Below are positions 8,154 to 15,444 of a stretch of DNA of 32,000 bases, piece after piece. This stretch comes from Pseudomonas aeruginosa (GTDB lineage: Bacteria; Pseudomonadota; Gammaproteobacteria; Pseudomonadales; Pseudomonadaceae), in the NCBI RefSeq assembly GCF_001457615.1, contig NZ_LN831024.1:3150001-3182000 (forward strand), read 5' to 3'. Under the pieces are notes generated by a model. It searched no databases, had not been told where the DNA came from, and saw nothing but the letters and a program-made list of their open reading frames with translations. Every line of letters begins with the position of its first letter. The stretch's first letter is position 1. The position numbers and the translations under genes were made by a program.

Positions 8154-8672
8154 TCAGGCGCGTTCGCCGCGCAAGGCGCGTTGATGGAATTCGGGCAGGC
8201 GCCGCAGCGCCCAGCGGGTGGCTTCCCGGCGCATCCGCGCGGGGTCGCCGTGGAAGCGCTCGCGGCGCGAGAACAGGGCGAGGCCGGCGGGCAACCGGAA
8301 GGCCCAGGCGAAGCACACGGTACCGGGCGGGATGCCGTCCTTCGCTTCACTGCCGAGCAACCCCGTGACCGCCAGCGCGGCGCTCGCCGGACTGCGTTGC
8401 AGGGCCGCCCTGGCCATGGCCTCGGCGACCTCCACGCTGGTCAGGTTGAAACGCTCCAGCCAGTTCGGGTCGAGCCCCAGCAGGGCAAGCTTGGCCGCCG
8501 GCGAATAGACGACGAAGCCGCCTTCCATCACCTTGCCGCTGCCGGCCACCGCCGACAGTTCGGCGCTGATCTGCCCGGCAGTACAGGATTCCGCGGTGAT
8601 CAGGCTGAGGTCGGCGCTACGCAGGTAGGTCACCAGGCGAGAGGCCTCGTCCGCGAGTTGCAGGTCGGGCAT
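8154..8672 (-). CDS. CinA C-terminal-domain / PncC-like (nicotinamide-nucleotide amidohydrolase family) protein, 172 aa
   Basis: LITAESCTAGQIS motif and overall CinA_C-like sequence. Its GAGGAG SD overlaps the stop codon of the upstream metallothionein gene. Confidence 0.85.
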   Translation of the reverse strand: MPDLQLADEASRLVTYLRSADLSLITAESCTAGQISAELSAVAGSGKVMEGGFVVYSPAAKLALLGLDPNWLERFNLTSVEVAEAMARAALQRSPASAALAVTGLLGSEAKDGIPPGTVCFAWAFRLPAGLALFSRRERFHGDPARMRREATRWALRRLPEFHQRALRGERA

Positions 8673-8682
8673 GGCACGCTCC

Positions 8683-8922
8683 TCAGGGCGAGATCGGGTC
8701 GCTGGCGGGAAAGGTCTCCTTCAACGCGTCGTCCAGCTGGCGATCCTCCGCCACCTGGGGCCGGGTGGTGCCGCCACAGGGGCAATCGGCGTCGCGACAC
8801 GGCTCGCCCTGGGGGTGGCCGCTGGCGCAGGCCGCGCAGCAATAGTGCTGGCCGTCGCGTTCGACGGCATCGGCGCCGGGCTGGCAGGTGCATTTGGGAC
8901 AGGCACAGGTTTCGCTGTTCAT
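8683..8922 (-). CDS. pmtA: Bacterial metallothionein (SmtA/BmtA family), 79 aa
   Basis: The Cys/His-rich N-terminal half reads CACPKCTCQPG...HYCCAACASGHPQGEPCRDADCPCG. The symbol is from my memory of the P. aeruginosa PA2140 literature. Confidence 0.85.
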   Translation of the reverse strand: MNSETCACPKCTCQPGADAVERDGQHYCCAACASGHPQGEPCRDADCPCGGTTRPQVAEDRQLDDALKETFPASDPISP

Positions 8923-8941
8923 GGGCAGTCTCCAGTGGGGT

Positions 8942-9157
8942 TCACTTGCTGTGTTCCGGCGAGGTCACCGGGCGCAAGCCACGGGGGCCGGTCCAGCCCC
9001 AGAGGACCAGGCCGAGCACGGGCAGGAGCAGGATCAGCAGCGACCAGCCGAGCTTGCGACTGGCGGAGCTGTCGCTGCGGAGCACGCTGTTGATGGCCCA
9101 GGCATCCACCAGGAGCAACAGGACCAGCAGCGCGAGGATCAGGTAGGCGGTATCCAT
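8942..9157 (-). CDS. PLDc_N-type (cardiolipin-synthase N-terminal-like) two-helix membrane mini-protein, 71 aa
   Basis: Only the last 71 codons of track ORF 8942..10309 are plausible: MDTAYLILALLVLLLLVDAWAINSVLRSD...GWSLLILLLPVLGLVLWGW. GAGGAGG lies upstream of the ATG at 9157. Confidence 0.75.
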   Translation of the reverse strand: MDTAYLILALLVLLLLVDAWAINSVLRSDSSASRKLGWSLLILLLPVLGLVLWGWTGPRGLRPVTSPEHSK

Positions 9158-9231
9158 CGGGGCCTCCTCGGCATCTCGTTGCACGGTGGAGGCCCTGTGC
9201 GCCGGGGGAGTTCCGCCTTTTTCGCGGACGG

Positions 9232-11754
9232 TCAGCCGCGCCCGAGCTGGCGCCGCATGGCCGCGCTGATGCGCTGGCGGGTGCCGGCGTAGTCGGCCCA
9301 GGGATCGTCGCCGGCGAGTTCGTCGAGGCGCTGCGGCAGACTGCGCAGGTTCCATTGGTTGGCGCCCTGCAGCGAGTCGAGTTCCTCGCGGAACACCGGT
9401 ACCGACACCGGCAACCCTTCGCGGGCGCGCACCGAGTAGGCGGCCACGGTGCTGGCGCCGCGGCTGTTGCGCAGGTAGTCGACGAAGATCTTGCCGACCC
9501 GGTTGCGCGGCCCGGAAACCGCCGAGAAACGCTCCGGCATCAGGCGCGCCAAGTGCTGGGAGATGGCCTGGGCGAAATCCTTGACCTCGTCCCAGCCATG
9601 CCGGCGCTCCAGCGGCACCAGCAGGTGCATGCCCTTGCCGCCGCTGGTCTTGAGGAAGGCGCGCAGGCCCAGCTCGTCGAGCAACGTCAGGCTCAGCTGG
9701 GTCGCTTCGAGCATGCGCTTCCACGGCAGCGCCGGGTCCGGGTCGAGGTCGAGGACGAAACGGTCGGGCCGCTCCAGGTTGGCCAGGCTGGCGTTCCAGG
9801 TATGGAATTCGATGCTGCCCATCTGCACCGCGCCGACCAGCGCCTCGGCGCTGCGGATTTGCAACAGCGGCGGATGACCGGGATCGAGCGCCGGGTCGAG
9901 CTGGACGATGCCGGGGATCTTCAGGCGCGCCGCGTGCTTCTGGAAGAACAGTTCGCCGCCGATTCCGTCGGGGCCGCGCACCAGCGACACCGGGCGCTCG
10001 CGCAGGTCGCGCAGGAGCAGGTCGGCGTAGCGCGCATGGAACTCGGCGAGTTCCAGCTTGCTGGCCTGGATCGACGGGTCGATCAGCCGCTGCGGATGGC
10101 TGATGCGCACGCCGGCGGTGGCCGCCCGCGACGCACCGGAGCCGGCCTTGCGCGCGCCGCGCAGCGGCGGCGGGCCGGCGGGACGCTCGCCGGTCACCTC
10201 GCGCGCCGGCTTGTCTTCGCGCAAGCCGTGGAACACTGCCTGGCGGATGATCCCGCCACGGGTCATCTGCGCATAGGAAACCTCGCACAGCTGTTGCGGG
10301 CGCACCCACTGCACCGACCCGGTCTCGCGCGCCGGCGGCACCTTCGCCAATGGGCTGGAGCGGACCGCGAGGGGTTCCAGGCGCTCACGGACCTTCTTCA
10401 GGCTGGCCGCGGTGAAGCCGCTGCCGACCTTGCCGGCATAGCGCAGCCGGCGCTCCTCGTCAGGGCTGTAGAGGCCGAGCAGCAAGGCGCCGATATGCCG
10501 GCGAGAGCCCTTCGGCTCGGTATAGCCGACGATCACGAACTCCTGGCGCAACTGGCACTTCAGCTTGATCCAGTCGTTGCTGCGGCGCGAACGGTAGGCG
10601 CTGCCCAGACGCTTGCCGATCACGCCTTCGAGACCGAGCTTGCAGGCGCTGGCCAGCAGGTCGCGGGGGTCTTCCGCGAGCGTCGCGGAGAACCGCAGCG
10701 GGTCTTCGTCTCGCCCTTCCAGCAGCGCCTCCAGGCGCGCGCGGCGCTCCTCCAGGGCAACATCGCGCAGATCCTCGCCTTCGTGGTACGGCAGGTCGAA
10801 GAGGACGTACAGGATGTTCTCGCCGCGACCTTCCTCGAAGGCGTTCTGCAGGGCCTGGAAGTCCGGTCGACCCTCCTCGTCGAGGACGACCAGTTCGCCG
10901 TCCAGCCAACTGCGCTGCAGACCGAGCCCGGCCAAGGCCTTCTCCAGGTGCGGCAGGCGTTCGGTCCAGTCATGGCCGTTGCGGGTCAGCAGGCGCACGT
11001 GGCCGTCTTCGATGCGGCTCATCAGCCGATAGCCGTCCAGCTTGAGTTCGTAGGCCCACTCCCCTCGCGGAGGCTGCTCGACCAGGCTGGCCAGCTCGGG
11101 GGCGATCCATTCGGGCATCGGCGTCTTCCCCCCGCTCTTGCCGCGTCGCGCCGGCCTGGCCGCGGGCGTGGCGGCTTCGCCATGGCGGGGCAGCAGCGTA
11201 CGCTCGCTGAGCACGCTGTCGGGACGCTCCTTCAGCACGTCGAAGCGATCCAGGCTGCGCGCCTCGCCGTCCTTGGCCTTGACCAGGAACCACTGGGGCT
11301 GCTTGCCGCGCAGGTTGGTGCGGATCAGGTGCCAACGCCCGGAGAGTTTCTCGCCATCCAGGGCGAAGCTGAGATGGCCCTTTTCCAGGCCCTCGCGCGG
11401 ATCGTCCAGAGGCGTCCAGGCGCCTCGGTCCCAGACGATGACATCGCCGGCGCCGTAGTGCCCCTGGGGGATGCTGCCTTCGAAATCGGCATAGTCCAGC
11501 GGATGGTCCTCAACCTGCACCGCGAGCCGCTTCACCGCCGGGTCGAGGCACGGCCCCTTGGGCACCGCCCAGCTCTTCAGGGTGCCATCCAGCTCCAGGC
11601 GGAAGTCGTAGTGCAGGCGGCTGGCGTCGTGCTTCTGGACGCAATAGCGGAGCAGCCCGGTGCTGTCCTTGCGAGGCTTGCGGCCGCTGGGCTCCGGGGT
11701 CTGGCGGAAATCGCGCTTGCGGGCGTACTCGGCGAGCGGCTTGCTGCTGGGCAT
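9232..11754 (-). CDS. ligD: ATP-dependent DNA ligase D (NHEJ; phosphoesterase-ligase-polymerase order), 840 aa
   Basis: N-terminal phosphoesterase signature RLHYDFRLELDG. Ligase motif I is ELKLDGYR. The C-terminal primase/polymerase domain shows FVLDLDPD and KTSGGKGMHL. GAGGAG lies upstream of the ATG at 11754. Confidence 0.97.
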   Translation of the reverse strand: MPSSKPLAEYARKRDFRQTPEPSGRKPRKDSTGLLRYCVQKHDASRLHYDFRLELDGTLKSWAVPKGPCLDPAVKRLAVQVEDHPLDYADFEGSIPQGHYGAGDVIVWDRGAWTPLDDPREGLEKGHLSFALDGEKLSGRWHLIRTNLRGKQPQWFLVKAKDGEARSLDRFDVLKERPDSVLSERTLLPRHGEAATPAARPARRGKSGGKTPMPEWIAPELASLVEQPPRGEWAYELKLDGYRLMSRIEDGHVRLLTRNGHDWTERLPHLEKALAGLGLQRSWLDGELVVLDEEGRPDFQALQNAFEEGRGENILYVLFDLPYHEGEDLRDVALEERRARLEALLEGRDEDPLRFSATLAEDPRDLLASACKLGLEGVIGKRLGSAYRSRRSNDWIKLKCQLRQEFVIVGYTEPKGSRRHIGALLLGLYSPDEERRLRYAGKVGSGFTAASLKKVRERLEPLAVRSSPLAKVPPARETGSVQWVRPQQLCEVSYAQMTRGGIIRQAVFHGLREDKPAREVTGERPAGPPPLRGARKAGSGASRAATAGVRISHPQRLIDPSIQASKLELAEFHARYADLLLRDLRERPVSLVRGPDGIGGELFFQKHAARLKIPGIVQLDPALDPGHPPLLQIRSAEALVGAVQMGSIEFHTWNASLANLERPDRFVLDLDPDPALPWKRMLEATQLSLTLLDELGLRAFLKTSGGKGMHLLVPLERRHGWDEVKDFAQAISQHLARLMPERFSAVSGPRNRVGKIFVDYLRNSRGASTVAAYSVRAREGLPVSVPVFREELDSLQGANQWNLRSLPQRLDELAGDDPWADYAGTRQRISAAMRRQLGRG

Positions 11755-11771
11755 GGTGGGCTCCTCGGTGG

Positions 11772-12161
11772 TCAGACGCCGGGGCAGACCGGCGCGCTGT
11801 GCAGGACCATGTCGATGGCTTTCCCCAGTTCCTCCAGGGTCACCGGTTTGAGCAGCACCGGATAGGGTGCCGCCGGGTCGATGCCGACGCGAGCGCTGTC
11901 GCTGAGCAGGATCACCCGCATCCGCGGGCGCACCGGCAGGCTGGTTTCGATGAGCATGCTGCCGCTCAGAGGACCTTCGAGCTGCTCGCTGAGCAGGAAC
12001 AGGTCGATCACCGCGTCCGAGGCCAGGTGCTCGAGGGCTTCGTCGCGACTCGCCGCGCTGAGCACCGCGTAGCCTCGATCGAGGAGGAATTCCTCGATCC
12101 GCCAGAGCTGGTCGGCGTGTTCTTCGAGGACCAGGACGATCTTGTTTTCTCCGTTCACCAT
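11772..12161 (-). CDS. Stand-alone receiver-domain response regulator, 129 aa
   Basis: Track ORF 11772..12359 trimmed to the ATG at 12161 (MVNGENKIVLVLEEH...) with GGGAGAA upstream. It has a CheY-like pattern: IDLFLLS (phospho-Asp), ILLSDS and LLKP. No output domain is present. Confidence 0.85.
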   Translation of the reverse strand: MVNGENKIVLVLEEHADQLWRIEEFLLDRGYAVLSAASRDEALEHLASDAVIDLFLLSEQLEGPLSGSMLIETSLPVRPRMRVILLSDSARVGIDPAAPYPVLLKPVTLEELGKAIDMVLHSAPVCPGV

Positions 12162-12259
12162 GGTTCTCCCTGTCGGATTGTCAGGAAGGCTTCGCTGCAA
12201 GGTTCGCGCCGTCCGCCCCGCTTGCGCCGGAGCAGCGTGACCACGGCGATTGGGCGCGG

Positions 12260-12282
12260 GCTGATCGCAAAGTGCGATCAGC
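12260..12282. promoter_or_regulatory. Perfect 10-bp inverted repeat GCTGATCGCA-aag-TGCGATCAGC in a divergent promoter region (candidate operator)
   Basis: All 10 arm positions pair when checked base by base. The repeat lies about 100 bp upstream of the receiver gene ATG and about 128 bp upstream of the 12410 ATG. Confidence 0.5.
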
Positions 12283-12409
12283 AGAGTGCCCGGAAGGCGC
12301 CTGTTCATCGTGCAGATTGCCCGACCCGCGCGGACCGCTGGTAAGCCCGCCGGCACCAACCGCGTCGACCGGGGTCCAGCCTGAGAGACCGCGAGCGAAG
12401 GAGCCAGCC

Positions 12410-12934
12410 ATGCGCCCTGCCCCAGAAGACGCCGCAGACGATGCGTTCGACCAGCGCGAGTATCCGATCCCGGAGCGCCTGGAAAGCCAGCGCCGCGCCT
12501 GGCGTTTCGAACGGGCGGGCCTGTGGGTCCTGCTCGGGGTGATCCTCCTGGCGCTGACCGGGGTGTTCGCCGGCGGGCCTCTGAGTTCGCGGACGCTGGT
12601 CAGCGACAGCGGCAGGCTGACCCTGGCCTACGAGCGTTTCGAACGCAGCGGCGCCGCCAGCCGCCTGCGCATCGATCTGCGCGGCGCGCCGGGCACCGAA
12701 GTTGGCGTGCGCCTGGGCGGCGGACTGCTACAGGCGCACAGCATCCAGAGCCTGCAACCGCAACCGCTGCGCAGTCACAGCTGGCGGGGTGGCCTGGAAC
12801 TGGAGGGAAGGCTCGACGAAGACGGTCGCCTGAGCCTGTTCCTGACGTTGTTGCCGAACCAGCTCGGCGAAGTCGCCAGTCGACTGGAGTTCGCCGGCGA
12901 GAGCCTGGCCTTCGACCAGTTCATCTACCCCTGA
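12410..12934 (+). CDS. Hypothetical single-pass membrane-anchored protein, 174 aa
   Basis: Track ORF 12272..12934 trimmed to the ATG at 12410, which is preceded by AAGGAG. One hydrophobic helix (GLWVLLGVILLALTGVFAGG) is followed by a soluble domain. No family recognised. Confidence 0.7.
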   Translation: MRPAPEDAADDAFDQREYPIPERLESQRRAWRFERAGLWVLLGVILLALTGVFAGGPLSSRTLVSDSGRLTLAYERFERSGAASRLRIDLRGAPGTEVGVRLGGGLLQAHSIQSLQPQPLRSHSWRGGLELEGRLDEDGRLSLFLTLLPNQLGEVASRLEFAGESLAFDQFIYP

Positions 12935-12959
12935 GTCATCCGTTCCGAGGAGGCGCACG

Positions 12960-13409
12960 ATGGATTCCATACTGCGAGCCGCCGCGCTCTACCTGGTCCT
13001 GCTGGTACTCTTCCGCATCGCCGGGCGGCGTTCACTGACCGACATCACCACCTTCGACCTGCTGCTGCTGATGATCATCGGCGAAGCCACCCAGCAGGCG
13101 CTGCTGGGCGACGACTTCTCGCTGGTCAACGCGGTACTGGTGATCATCACCCTGATCGTCATCGACGTCGGTCTGTCCCTGCTCAAGCTGCGCCATCCGA
13201 AGCTCGACACCCTGATCGAGGGCTCCCCGACGCTCATCGTCGAGTACGGCAGGCCATTGCACGCACGCCTGGCCGAGGCCCGCCTGCGCGAGGAAGACAT
13301 TCTCCTGGCCGCCCGCGAGACCCAGGGCCTGGAACGCATGGAGCAGATCCGCTTCGCCATCCTCGAGAAGAACGGCAAGATCTCGATCATTCCCGATCGC
13401 GGCGACTGA
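12960..13409 (+). CDS. DUF421 / YetF-family membrane protein, 149 aa
   Basis: The YetF-like sequences RIAGRRSLTDITTFDLLLLMIIGE and RFAILEKNGKISIIP are present. GAGGAGG lies upstream of the ATG at 12960. The gene starts 25 nt after the previous gene. Confidence 0.85.
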   Translation: MDSILRAAALYLVLLVLFRIAGRRSLTDITTFDLLLLMIIGEATQQALLGDDFSLVNAVLVIITLIVIDVGLSLLKLRHPKLDTLIEGSPTLIVEYGRPLHARLAEARLREEDILLAARETQGLERMEQIRFAILEKNGKISIIPDRGD

Positions 13410-14751
13410 CGCTGCGCGCGTGGCGCATCAGCAGCGGCTGGATGCTCAGGCCGTGCACGCAGATGCTCAGGGCGACGAGGCTCAGCACCAGGTCGCTGGC
13501 GGTATGCGCGAGCGCCGTAGGCAGCCCCTGGTTCAGCGCGTAGCTGAGGTAGTACAGGCTGCCGATGCCGCGGATGCCGAACCAGCCGAGCAGGCGCCGC
13601 TGCGCCGGGTGCATCAGCCGCCGGCCGACCAGCAGCCAGACCATCGCCGGCCGGCACACGCAGAACAGCAGCAGCGCCAGCGGCAGCGCGCGCCAGTCCC
13701 AGTGCTGGTAGAGCATGGCGCCGAGCAGGGTCACCAGCAGCACTTCCAGCGAGCGCTCCAGCAGGTTGCCGAAGGAGAGCACGTCGAGCATCACCGCGCC
13801 GGCCGCCACCTTCGGGTGTTCGCTGCGGTCGGCGCCGTACTCGATGGCGCCGCTGGCCTGCCCTGCCTCGCGCACGTCGGCGGCGGCCGCCTGCGCCTCG
13901 GCCGGTGCCGAGGCGCGCCCCAGCGTCGCCACCTCGGCGTGGCGCAGGCCGATCCCGGCGGCGAAGCTGGCGAGGAAGCCCCAGCCGCCCAGTGCGTCGG
14001 CGCCGACATAGGACAGCGCGATCAGCGCCAGGGCGAGGAAGTCGTTGGCCGACACCGAGGTGTCGGTGTGCCGCGCCCGCAGGTGGATGGCCAGGCGGCC
14101 GAGACCATGGCCCAGGCAATAGCCCACCAGCAGGCCGAGCGGAATCGCCCAGAGCACGTCGCGCAGCAGCCAGTCCAGGCCGCTGCGGTCGAACTCCCCG
14201 GGCAGGCCGCCGCCCTGACCGATCAGCAGCAGGGCGGCGATGACGAAGGGAAAGGCGATGCCGTCGTTGAGTCCCGCCTCGCCGGATACGGCGTAGCGCA
14301 GGCGGTCGTCGTCGCCGGCGTGGTTGACCTGGATGTCGCTGGCCAGCACCGGATCGGTGGGCGCGAGGATCGCCGCGACCAGCAAGGCCAGCCCCCAGTC
14401 CAGGCCGAACAGGAAATGCGCGCCCAGGGTAAGGCCGAGGATACAGCCGAGCAGGACTGGTCCGGCCAGCAGCCAGGCAGCGGTCCAGGCCGGCGAGCGC
14501 AACGGCAGGCGCAGCTTGAGGCCGCCGATGAACAGCGAGATCAGCAACGCCGCCTCGCTGAGGTGTTCGAACCAGCCGCTGATGTCCGCCAGGCCGCTGC
14601 GCCAGGCGTGCAGCCCGGCCGGGCCGATGGCCAGGCCGAACAGCAGGTAGATGAACGACGTGCTGACCGGCAGCAGGCGCAGGTAGGCCGAAGCCAGGCC
14701 GAGCGTCAGCAGGATGCAGCCCAGTACCAGCAACCACAGGCTGAAACTCAT
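13387..14751 (-). CDS. Cation:proton antiporter (CPA1, Na+/H+ exchanger family), 454 aa
   Basis: Polytopic hydrophobic ORF with a Na_H_exchanger-like N-terminal half (LFGLAIGPAGL, ILAPTDPVLAS). The other long ORFs over this interval are Arg/Pro/Gly-rich off-frame products. Confidence 0.9.
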   Translation of the reverse strand: MSFSLWLLVLGCILLTLGLASAYLRLLPVSTSFIYLLFGLAIGPAGLHAWRSGLADISGWFEHLSEAALLISLFIGGLKLRLPLRSPAWTAAWLLAGPVLLGCILGLTLGAHFLFGLDWGLALLVAAILAPTDPVLASDIQVNHAGDDDRLRYAVSGEAGLNDGIAFPFVIAALLLIGQGGGLPGEFDRSGLDWLLRDVLWAIPLGLLVGYCLGHGLGRLAIHLRARHTDTSVSANDFLALALIALSYVGADALGGWGFLASFAAGIGLRHAEVATLGRASAPAEAQAAAADVREAGQASGAIEYGADRSEHPKVAAGAVMLDVLSFGNLLERSLEVLLVTLLGAMLYQHWDWRALPLALLLFCVCRPAMVWLLVGRRLMHPAQRRLLGWFGIRGIGSLYYLSYALNQGLPTALAHTASDLVLSLVALSICVHGLSIQPLLMRHARSVSRRDRE

Positions 14752-14779
14752 GCCTGGCCAGGCTCCGCCCGCGGGGGCG

Positions 14780-15304
14780 TTACTTGGATGGGTGCGCCTT
14801 GGCCAGCGCGCGGGCCATCTCCAGGTGATGCTTCAGGGCCGGCAGATGGGTCTTGGCGAATGCCTGCAGTTCCGGGTCGGTCAGGTTGTCCGCGGCCTGG
14901 GTGAACAGTTCCACGGCTTTTTCGTGAGCCGCCACCTGGTTATTGGCGTAGGCCGGGTCGAAGGAGGCGTCGCGCAGGTCGAGCAGGGTCGCCTTGGCCT
15001 TGTCGGTCAGGCTGGCGTCGTCTTCGACCTCCAGTTTCTTGCGCTCGGCCAGGCTGCGCAGTTCGGCGTTGACCTTGCCGTGGTCGTCGATCATCTGCTT
15101 GGCGAATACCTTCACATCGGCGGCGGTGCTCTTTTCCAGCGCCATCTTGCCGGCTTCGATTTCCGCTACGCCGGCCGCCGAGGCCTCGCTGACGAAGGTC
15201 TGTGGCGCGGTCTTGTTCATGTCCTGGGCGTTGGCGAAAGGCAGGGCCAGGACCAGCAGGAGCCAGGCGGCTCCCTTGAGGGGAAGGCTGATTGCTCTGT
15301 TCAT
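14780..15304 (-). CDS. DUF4142-family exported protein, 174 aa
   Basis: Only the last 174 codons of track ORF 14780..16144 are plausible. Signal peptide MNRAISLPLKGAAWLLLVLALPFANA. DUF4142-like repeats are present (FVSEASAAGVAEIEAGKMA..., MIDDHGKVNAEL, FDPAYANNQVAAHEKAV). Confidence 0.85.
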   Translation of the reverse strand: MNRAISLPLKGAAWLLLVLALPFANAQDMNKTAPQTFVSEASAAGVAEIEAGKMALEKSTAADVKVFAKQMIDDHGKVNAELRSLAERKKLEVEDDASLTDKAKATLLDLRDASFDPAYANNQVAAHEKAVELFTQAADNLTDPELQAFAKTHLPALKHHLEMARALAKAHPSK

Positions 15305-15329
15305 GGTCGACTCCGTTGGCGTGACAGGG

Positions 15330-15351
15330 AAAAAATGCCGGGACTTCGGCA
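15330..15351 (-). terminator. Short intrinsic terminator after the EAL gene (candidate end of the cupA transcription unit)
   Basis: The minus-strand RNA is UGCCG-AAGUCC-CGGCA followed by UUUUUU. The stem is only 5 bp. Confidence 0.4.
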
Positions 15352-15444
15352 CAACGCACCTCGGCATCGTCGCTGCTGTGACGGCGCCGCCGGCCGACCG
15401 TTCAGATTTTTCGCCGACCGTGCCAGGCCGGGCGCCCTCCCCGG

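Noticed and set aside
7268-8350. N-terminal extensions of track ORFs (SDR to 8350, receiver gene to 12359, cupA2 to 21795, cupA1 to 22371, MgtC-like gene to 567, membrane protein from 12272)
   Set aside because: The extensions are Arg/Pro/Ala-rich, lack SD sequences and overlap neighbouring genes. Internal ATG or GTG codons with good SDs give proteins that begin at the expected domain or signal-peptide boundaries.
8942-10309. 455-aa minus-strand ORF
   Set aside because: Only the last 71 codons (8942-9157), which have their own GAGGAGG SD and two TM helices, are credible. The upstream part is an off-frame read through ligD.
9355-11865. 836-aa plus-strand ORF mirroring ligD
   Set aside because: It is an antisense shadow ORF of ligD. 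LigD has clear phosphoesterase, ligase and polymerase motifs, whereas this ORF has none.
12989-14904. 582-aa minus-strand and 494-aa plus-strand ORFs over the antiporter locus
   Set aside because: Both are Arg/Pro/Gly/Gln-rich. The 454-aa frame (13387-14751) is the one with polytopic membrane character and CPA1 motifs.
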